64,000 nt of DNA from Diplonema japonicum (Eukaryota; Protista; Euglenozoa: Diplonemea): NCBI GenBank assembly GCA_964019335.1, contig OZ025650.1:935970-999969 (forward strand), written 5' to 3'. Of the stretch, positions 56,667 through 64,000 are shown piece by piece. Position 1 is the stretch's first letter, and every line of letters begins with the position of its first letter. The translations under genes were made by a program, and so were the position numbers. Below the pieces are notes generated by a model. The model saw only the letters and a list, made by a program, of their open reading frames with translations. It made no database searches and was not told where the DNA came from.

Positions 56667-57674
56667 TTACCTCTTCCATCGCATCACCGCCTCAGCCCAC
56701 GGAAACGGTGCCACCTTTGTCTCCCAACCCAGTGCCCACTGGCGATAGAGTTTGCGTGCCTGCCGTGCGTCGTAGGTCTCGTCGGTCATCGAATATGCGT
56801 CGGGGCATGCCATCGCTGCGTGCATAGATTCTACAGGTGTGCGAAGTATTATGCCAGACTGCGGCCTCCTGACGTTGAAGCGAGGCTTGTTCCTCGTGAA
56901 AGGTACCATCAAACCTATTTGCGCCTCTTTTTCAAGACGGTGGTTCCATGCGTCACTGCTGATGAAGACCTGAGGCGTGTGCTTGACATCTGTCAGGCAA
57001 AGCTTGGGTGCATCCCTGACCTTCGGAGGGCTGAGGCTGATTGTGATCGAACGCTCTTTGATGAAGGCTGCCAGCGTCAACGTGTACCGGGCCGTCCCCG
57101 TGCATGCTGCAACATAAACCTGTTCGTGGTCGATGCTGAACGAGATGATAGAGGTGACCTTGTCGACGGCGACCGAGAGGGTGGCACCAGGCGGCCACTT
57201 GGGAGTCATGAAGATGGGGCTGTTGTCACCTGATCCGCACTCGTAGACAGCACCACCGGGGCACCAGATCATTCCCCAAGACGTTGTGAGGTTCAACATG
57301 GCCGACCAGGGGGATGTTGTGGTCCCCATGTGGGTTACCCACCAGGGGCCTTCTGGTATGACACCAACTGCCATGTTCTTTCCGCTTTTGCTATTGCTAC
57401 CGCTAATTGTCCACGTGGCTTTCATGACGGGTGTGTCCGAAGCTGCAGCGCTGATGCCTCTCCACAGACCGTCCTCGTCTCCCTCGTCCCAAAGACCTTG
57501 TGGTATGTATGCAGTTGTACCGCCTTCCTTCACCGCAATACCATCCGAGGCACTGTTCATGTTCCATGTCACTGCATGCGAACAGATCTGCTGCGCGTCA
57601 TTCCCCTGTTGTCTCGCACGCGGAACCTGCTTCCCAAACTTCGGGGTTGGGGCACGAAGGGACATCTTTGGCAT
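56667..57674 (-). CDS. SPRY/B30.2-like domain protein (the only convincing complete minus-strand gene)
   Basis: 'TWTI...NMAVGVIP...SWG...WPPGATLSVAVD....IISFSID' matches the SPRY pattern. A host-type acceptor CACCACAG lies 5 nt before ATG 57674. Confidence 0.65.
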   Translation of the reverse strand: MPKMSLRAPTPKFGKQVPRARQQGNDAQQICSHAVTWNMNSASDGIAVKEGGTTAYIPQGLWDEGDEDGLWRGISAAASDTPVMKATWTISGSNSKSGKNMAVGVIPEGPWWVTHMGTTTSPWSAMLNLTTSWGMIWCPGGAVYECGSGDNSPIFMTPKWPPGATLSVAVDKVTSIISFSIDHEQVYVAACTGTARYTLTLAAFIKERSITISLSPPKVRDAPKLCLTDVKHTPQVFISSDAWNHRLEKEAQIGLMVPFTRNKPRFNVRRPQSGIILRTPVESMHAAMACPDAYSMTDETYDARQARKLYRQWALGWETKVAPFPWAEAVMRWKR

Positions 57675-57826
57675 CGTGCCTGTGGTGGCATGCATGGCTG
57701 CAACATGGTACAGGGACGAAGATAATATTGTAGATAAAGGAAGAAGCCAATCTCAAAGTTCCGAAGACGCATCTCGGTTATCGCCTTGAAACAGCCTTCA
57801 AGAAAAAGGGAAAATAGAAAAAAATC

Positions 57827-57864
57827 ACCAACGATTCTAAAGCTACAGTTTCTGTACTTTATTG
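57827..57864 (+). other. Genomic copy 3 of the spliced-leader exon (nt 2-39)
   Basis: Identical 38-mer, followed by GC (no GT donor), a 48-nt body similar to the middle of unit 1, A18 at 57913-57930 and ATG at 57936. Confidence 0.92.
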
Positions 57865-57935
57865 GCCCGGCCCGCCTGCCGTTTAGCAAAGGATCCCCTC
57901 CCCCCTCAACACAAAAAAAAAAAAAAAAAATAAAA

Positions 57936-59698
57936 ATGGACCCTAGACGAAACGTCGTCGGAGACCGCCGCCCGCAGGAGGAACGCCTACGAGAGACGCC
58001 GACCAAGCCGACCACCCGACCAGACCGAAATCTGGCCGGGCAGTATGACCCCTCCCCTCCCCTTAGATCCCCTCTAGATGTCGTAAAAAATAATAAAAAA
58101 CATAAAAAAATAGAACCACCCGCAGCCAGCGCGCCCGCTCCCGATTCCGCAGCCGCCACCGCCACCCGCCTGAAGACTGAGAGGGGGGAAAAAAAGAAAG
58201 AAGGAGGGTGGGTGCTCACGGGAGGGGACCACCCCCCGGGCTTAAGAACAGGCCCAGCTCCCACCCACCCAGAGACCTTGCTCTCGGGGGGGTGGGAGTC
58301 CATTTCGGGGAACAAAGGGAGGGAAACCCTCCAATTTGGTTTCAGGTGGGTGGGTGCCCGTGCCAAAGTGCGCCGCACCACCCCGATCCCAGAGGGGGCC
58401 AGGGGTTGGGTGGCGGAGGTGGCCACCGCAGCGGGGCTGGGGATCACCCCAGACCAGGTGCTCGTAAATCGATACGAGCCTGGGTGTGGAATCGCCCACC
58501 ACACCGACGACGTGAGGTTGGGACCAGTGGTCCTCATCCTCTCGTACGGCGCAGAGACCACGATGGTCCTGAAGAAGGGGTCCAGGGTATCGAAGTACCT
58601 GGTGCCTCCCTTCACCTGGGCCATTCTGGAGGGTGAGGCCCGCTACGAATGGACCCACCACATCCCCGAAGGGTGTTCTTCGGGCTCCAGGGTGTCGATC
58701 ACCCTGCGGACGGTTGGCTGCCCCGTGCCCCTCCCCTCCCCCTCTGTGTCCTCTGTGGAGGAAATAGAAAAAAAAAATACTGTGTTTGTGGGGAGAAGGA
58801 AAGAGAGTGCGAAGGAGGTGTCCCCGAGAGAGGGAGGCGCCCCTTCCCCCCCTTCCTCCGCTTCTTCTTGTTCTTCTTTCTCTTGTTTATCTGTCCCCCC
58901 TCTTGTAAATTCCCCCCTTGTAAACCCCCCCATTGTAGATTCCCCCCCCTTTGTTTCTTCCCAGGGGGAGGACAAGAAAAAAATAGGTAAGGGTGCACTC
59001 CCGAGAGAGGGTAGCGCCCCTTCCTCTGCTTCTTCTATCTCTGGATTATCTGTCTCCCCTCTTGTAAACTCCCCCCCTTCCTCCGCTTCTTCTTTTTCTT
59101 CTTTCTCTTGTTTATCTGTCCCCCCTCTTGTAAATTCCTCCCTTGTAAACCCCCCCCTTGTAGATCCCCCCCCCTTTGTTCCCTCCCAGGAGGAGGATAA
59201 GAAAAAAAAAAAAGGGAAGGGTGCACTCCCGAGAGAGGGTAGCGCCCCTTCCTCTGCTTCTTCTATTTATGGTTTATCTGTCCCCTCTTGTAAATCCCCC
59301 CCTTGCAAACCCCCCCCCAAGTGGATTCCCCCCCCTTTGTTTCCTCCCAGAAGGAGGATAAGAAGAAAAAAGAGAAGGGTGCTCTCCCTAGAGAGGTTAG
59401 CGCCCCTTCGGCCCCCCCATTGTCACCCCCCCTTTACACCCGGATCCGAATGGGTCCGGGACTTTTTTTGAGGGTGGAAAATAAACAAAAAAACACACCC
59501 ACTCACTAACAGGAGGGGGGTCCTGGCCCCCGTTTCCACCACCCTCCAGGGGGTGGTGGGGGCGGTGGCCCAGGAGGAAAGATGGAAGCCGGAGCGCGCC
59601 CCGCAGGGGAGGAATGGAGGGGGAGCACCCTGGTTGGCCCCGGGGCCCCGGAAGACGAGGCAGACGGTGACGAAGGGCCGGAGGAGGAGACACCGTAG
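57936..59698 (+). CDS. AlkB-family 2OG-Fe(II) dioxygenase fused to low-complexity repeats (homopolymer frameshift near 59290-59320; candidate intron 59474-59512)
   Basis: 'LQFGF.W', 'PDQVLVNRYEPGCGIAHHTD' (HxD), 'GEARYEWTHHI' (distal H), 'RVSITLR' (2OG-binding R). Without the frameshift the ORF stops at 59471. Confidence 0.8.
58820..59410 (+). repeat. Degenerate tandem repeat (about 160-230 bp, 3-4 copies) inside the AlkB ORF
   Basis: Recurrent CCCGAGAGAGGG.AGCGCCCCTTC...CCTCTTGTAAA...GGAGGA.AAGAA units encoding 'ALPREGSAPSSASS...PPFVSSQEEDKKK'. Confidence 0.85.
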
Positions 59699-59747
59699 CG
59701 AGGCCACCCTCCAAAGGCGCCGCGAGGAGAGGGCCCAGGCCAGGGAG

Positions 59748-59867
59748 AAACCCGCAAACCCGCAAACCCGCAAACCCCACAAACCCCACAAACCCGCAAA
59801 CCCCACAAACCCCACAAACCCGCAAACCCGCAAACTCGCAAACCCGCAAACCCGCAAACCCGCAAAC
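59748..59867 (+). repeat. Telomere-like (AAACCCGC)n array with AAACCCCAC and AAACTCGC variants
   Basis: About 14 units seen directly, immediately followed by a T-tract from 59868. Confidence 0.93.
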
Positions 59868-60303
59868 TTTTTTTTTTTTCTTTTTGTTTTTCCTTTTTTT
59901 TGGCAAATAACAATGGACCCACCCGTGCGAAACTAGGGGGAAGAAACTAAAGGGAGGAGGATATCGGGGTGCACGGCGGAGTGAACAAGGGACGGGAAAG
60001 GCTTTTTTTATTTACTTTCGTTCTTTCTCGTTCACTGGGGGCCAAGGGGAGGTAGGGGGGGAAAAAGGTGAAAAGAAGTTCAAGAAAGTTGGGGGGGGTG
60101 GGAGGGCTATCGAAACTTGAGAGGAAGAGATGGAGGAGGGAAAAAGAATTAATTAATTTTTTTTTTTTTTTTTAAAACCTAGAACCCATATCAAACAATC
60201 TTTTTCATTTTCTTTCTTTTAAACTTTTAAACTAGGAAGATTAAAAATTTTAAGATAGAAAGAAAAATAAGAAAAAGAAACAACAAAAGTCGGGGAAAGC
60301 CTG

Positions 60304-61452
60304 GTGAGGAAGAGGGTCCCGTCCAACGAGGCCCTGTCCGCCCAGAGGGATCCCAAGGTACAGAGGCACCCAGCGTTGCTGGACGTCAGGGGGCCTGCGG
60401 TCCGCCCCTGGTTCCCAGTCCAACTAGAGTCAGACGAAGTTTACGTGGCGCGGGTTCTCTTCGAGGCGGACGGGGAGGAGGAGTCCCCCATCCAGTCGGA
60501 AGGCGTCGAACCCCCTATCCAGGCGGAGGGTGGTGAGTCCCATGTCCGGGAGCTCCCCGCCCAGGAGGAGGAGGCTGGGTCTCCCACCCAGGCGGAGGTG
60601 GGTGAGTCCCCCACTCAGACGGAGGGCAGTGGATCCAGCATCCAGGTGGAGGATGGCGAATCCCCTGCTCAGTCGGAGGGTGATGAGTCCCACATCCAGG
60701 AGGAAGGAGGGGAGTCCCCTGCCCAGGCGGAAGGTGAAGCTAATGAGCCCCCCATCCAGACGGGAGCGGCGGTGGAGGACGGGACCGCGCCCGAGCCCCT
60801 CGAGATTGATTCGCCGGAGGTCAGTGGGAACAGGGGTCTGGCGAGGAAGAGGGTGCCCTCGAATGAGGCTCAGTCCGCCCAGCGGACCCCAAAAGTGAAG
60901 AAGGGTCGCGGCCAGCTGGACGTAAGAGAATCGAGCCTGGCCGCTGGCATGCGCGTGCTGTTCGGAGCGGTTCCGCCCCCTTCCCTGACCCCCTTGGCCG
61001 TGGGTAGCAGGCCGCCGCAGGAGGAAGGCGAAACGGCGCAATCTCCCATTCCGGGGGCGAGCGGTGCAGGGCTCTACTCTCCAGAGGCGAGGTTCCCGGA
61101 GGCGCCCGTGGTGTCCATGGCCGCGGACCTGTGCGAGTCGGACGGGATGGAGGCACATTCGGCCCCCTCCGGTGTGGACAGAGAGCCTTCGCCCGCTCGT
61201 CCGTCGCAGTCTCCCGTGCTGGGGGCTGAAGGCGGGGGGCGCCTCTCTCCGGAGGTCAGTACCCCAGAAACCTCCAACCCCGATGTCCGGGTAGAGGGCG
61301 GGGAAAAGGTCGCCAGAAAAAGGGTACCTTCCCACGAGACCCAGTCGGCCCAACGCGCCGCTAAGGTCGGGAAGGGCCCTGTCCAACGAGATGTGAGGGG
61401 GCCCCAGGGTGGTCGATCCACCCCCCTGGGCTCGCAAGGGCCCAGGGCTTGA
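60304..61452 (+). CDS. Low-complexity acidic ORF without an ATG start, probably element-derived
   Basis: 382 open codons in a GC-rich island. Three copies of 'RKRVPS(N/H)E..SAQR..KV.....DVR' and several 'GESP.Q.E' repeats. Confidence 0.5.
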   Translation: MRKRVPSNEALSAQRDPKVQRHPALLDVRGPAVRPWFPVQLESDEVYVARVLFEADGEEESPIQSEGVEPPIQAEGGESHVRELPAQEEEAGSPTQAEVGESPTQTEGSGSSIQVEDGESPAQSEGDESHIQEEGGESPAQAEGEANEPPIQTGAAVEDGTAPEPLEIDSPEVSGNRGLARKRVPSNEAQSAQRTPKVKKGRGQLDVRESSLAAGMRVLFGAVPPPSLTPLAVGSRPPQEEGETAQSPIPGASGAGLYSPEARFPEAPVVSMAADLCESDGMEAHSAPSGVDREPSPARPSQSPVLGAEGGGRLSPEVSTPETSNPDVRVEGGEKVARKRVPSHETQSAQRAAKVGKGPVQRDVRGPQGGRSTPLGSQGPRA

Positions 61453-61496
61453 GCAGCCAACATTAAGGGTTCCTGAGGGAAGCCCTCTTTAGAATT

Positions 61497-61528
<32 letters not shown>

Positions 61529-61637
61529 GCAAGAACGAGTCTTTGACTTGTCTAAACAAAAGGGGAACGTTGGCAACGTGTTTCGGGTTGACAAACGTCT
61601 CCAGGTTTTACCCGGCACGTACAAACAACGGCCAGTC

Positions 61638-61677
<40 letters not shown>

Positions 61678-62970
61678 CCATTACAACAAAACGACAAAGG
61701 GGAAAAAAAAAAAAAAAGAAAGTTAGCAAAAGAAAAAAAAAAGGGGACCGGGAGTTTTCCCCCTGAAGTTCCTTTGTTAAAACATGTTTGCTGTTGGGTT
61801 TCCGTTTCTTTTCTTTTTGGTTTTACTAGGAGTTTTCCTTCTACAGATTGTTTGCTGATGGTTTTGGGTTGATTCTTTTTTATTTTTTATCTTATGGTTT
61901 AACTAGAAGTTTTCCTTCTACAGCTTGTTCGCTGACGGGTGGGTTTATCAGGCGGGCTTCCATAGCTGGTGGCCTATGGAAGCCTTCCCAAATTTTTTCT
62001 TTTTTTCAGGCCGGGCTGGGGAAGGACGGCAAGACCACCAACGGAGGAGAAACCGCTGCAGAAAGGGGAAAGGTGCAGGAAGACGAAGAGGACGAGAGGG
62101 CGTCTCACAAAGACTCCCTTCAATTCATATATCTTTTATTTTCTTTTTATTTTTCTTTTCTTTATTTTCTTTCTCCCAACCCTACCCCCCCTCGAAAAAA
62201 AAAAAGAAAAGAAAAGAAAAGATTCATTCCTCCCTAGTTTATTATATTTTGCATCAGGTTCGCCGAGAAAATAAAAGGAAAAACAAGGAAAGAGAACGGC
62301 AACCAAATTTTAAATTTTTATTTTATCATCAAAGGAGGTTTGAAAAAGAGAAAAATTAAAGAGAAGAAAGAGGCCTTTTTCTCCTCTATCGATAAGTGAT
62401 TCACGAACTCGAATCTTTATCACCACTTTTTTGTGCATGCCAGATTTTTTTTTTCTCCCGCCTTGTTAGAGAAGTTTTAATTTACTAGTAAAAAAATAAA
62501 AAAAGTGAAAAGAGGAGTAGAAGACGATCCGGTGGGGGGCATGGGAACCATAAACCGTGTCTTCCATCGCGATCGGCAAGGCGGGGGCTTTTCCGTCCCA
62601 TGGGTGAAAAGAGGCGGATAAAACCACTATTCCGGACCCCCCCCAACACTGAGCATGCACTTTTTCCCCCATACATACCTCTCTTGTTTATCAAAATATC
62701 ACCAATTTTACGGCGGACGCCAAGAAAAAAAAAAGCCAAGGAGAAGGAGTTTAGGGAAATAACAAAAGACCTACGGCCCCAAGGAAGGCGGTGAAAACAG
62801 CCATGGTGGGCCAGCCCTGGCAGACAGGGAGCCTGAACACCAAGAACACCGCGGAGCCAAATTTGCATCCGGAATTTTCGGTTTTCAAACTTACAAAAAC
62901 CCCCTGTAGGCATCTGCGTCCGTCCAGCCCCATTTTGGGTGCGGAAAAAAAAAAAAAAAAAAAAAAAAAC

Positions 62971-63004
<34 letters not shown>

Positions 63005-63292
63005 TAATTAAAAATAAAACTAAAAATAAAAATAAAACACAATTTAAGACTAAAACTAAAATTAAAAATAAAAATAAAAATAAGCTCGATGATTTAAAGG
63101 AAGCTGGTTGGGGCACCCTTTGACTAAAATAAATAAAAATAAAAGTAAAAATAGAGAGGGAGAAGAGAAGCAGACAATCAATTGCTTTCTTCTCTTTCTT
63201 TTTATCCCTTTTTTTTTTTTTTTTTTTTTTTTTTCCCCCCCTTCCCTAAAGAACGTTTTGACCAAAACATTGTTAAGGGAAAACAAGGACTA

Positions 63293-63323
<31 letters not shown>

Positions 63324-63405
63324 TAAAATGCATGTATGGGGGAGCGCTTTAACGAAAGCATACCTGTTTCTCCCCCTCTCTTCTTTCTCTCTTTCTTTTT
63401 CTTTT

Positions 63406-63407
<2 letters not shown>

Positions 63408-63437
<30 letters not shown>

Positions 63438-63836
63438 CTCCTTTGTAGTTTTCCCTATTTAACTATCCCTCTCAATTATACTCGCTGTCATCAACCCCCT
63501 CCATCTGAAGGGGGATGGGGCTTCGGGGGGTCGCGCTTTGGGAGCCCCCCTCCGAAGATGATGGTGACAACCTCCCGACATAGGTGTCCATCTCCTCCTG
63601 CGCCTCCACCCCACGCGCAGGGGCGAGCTGTTTCCTGGACTTTTGGACCTCCACCGACTTCCCTTGTCCGTCCGGGGTTCCCACCATCGTCCCCTCGCTC
63701 CCCTCCCTCTGCCTCTTGTTTGCCCCTCCCTCCTGTTTCACCCGCCTCATCCCCGCCGCGAAATCCCTGTGTCTTTTCCGCGCCTCCAAGACCCTCTGGT
63801 ACTCCGCCACGGGGACCACTTCCCCACCCTCCTCTT
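63408..63836 (-). mobile_element. 5'-truncated ORF fragment with short 3' UTR and poly(A) (retro-fragment)
   Basis: The minus strand reads (GCGGGTTT)n, then about 120 open codons to TGA at 63472-63474, 34 nt, then A30. Confidence 0.45.
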
Positions 63837-64000
63837 GCAAACCCGCAAACCCGCAAACCCGCAAACCCGCAAACCCGCAAACCCGCAAACCCGCAAACCC
63901 GCAAACCCGCAAACCCGCAAACCCGCAAACCCGCAAACCCGCAAACCCGCAAACCCGCAAACCCGCAAACCCGCAAACCCGCAAACCCGCAAACCCGCAA
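63837..64000 (+). repeat. Perfect (AAACCCGC)n array running off the window
   Basis: About 20 perfect 8-mer units to the last base. Confidence 0.97.

Noticed and set aside
56820-57789. Plus-strand ORFs downstream of SL copy 2
   Set aside because: They are short, unrecognisable shadows of the minus-strand SPRY ORF.
55882-57864. Three identical 38-bp direct repeats as a CRISPR array
   Set aside because: Spacing is about 0.6 and 1.3 kb, the context is eukaryotic, there are no cas genes, and the repeat is the euglenozoan spliced leader.
55882-57930. Functional SL RNA gene array
   Set aside because: The copies lack the first A, a GTAT donor, an obvious Sm site, a T-tract terminator and a conserved upstream promoter or regular repeat unit.
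61810-61945. Two-copy local duplication (ACTAG.AGTTTTCCTTCTACAG.TTGTT.GCTGA)
   Set aside because: Only two degenerate copies in low-complexity DNA, with no supportable function.
55500-64000. Hammerhead or HDV ribozymes, or an RT/endonuclease ORF
   Set aside because: The CTGANGA hits I inspected by eye (about 56607, 56958, 58170) lack properly paired GAAA cores. No RT motifs were seen in any listed ORF.
63491-64000. 'RVCGFAGL' repeat proteins (also 59397-59922)
   Set aside because: They are translations of the 8-mer array.

Overview
Eukaryotic nuclear DNA from a euglenozoan protist, most likely a diplonemid. The assignment rests on three genomic copies of a diplonemid-type spliced-leader (SL) exon, ACCAACGATTCTAAAGCTACAGTTTCTGTACTTTATTG, and on the gene organisation. 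Bases 1-53.2 kb are a compact cluster of about 35 genes, all on the + strand, consistent with polycistronic transcription resolved by trans-splicing. Many spacers are only 40-75 nt and the GT-AG introns are 30-50 nt. Recognisable genes include RAD51, RPN10, TRM2A, COX19, a TTLL, two RPL18 copies, a sestrin, a CASTOR/POLLUX-type channel, a polycystin-1-like protein, a GT61, a GH13-like protein and an RlaP/YcgL-type nucleotidyltransferase. From about 55.2 kb to the window end the sequence becomes a repeat-rich accessory region. It holds a chain of three SL-headed, A-tract-associated units that are not canonical SL RNA genes and each lack SL nucleotide 1. One unit carries a SPRY-domain gene in antisense, and another leads into an AlkB-family dioxygenase ORF with a candidate retained intron. 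Telomere-like (AAACCCGC)n arrays punctuate the region, and the last runs off the window. The best candidate for an undescribed system is this SL-capped, 8-mer-repeat-associated retro-cargo array with an AlkB passenger. No reverse transcriptase is encoded in the window, so the mechanism is inferred. All domain calls are by motif recognition; no searches were run.
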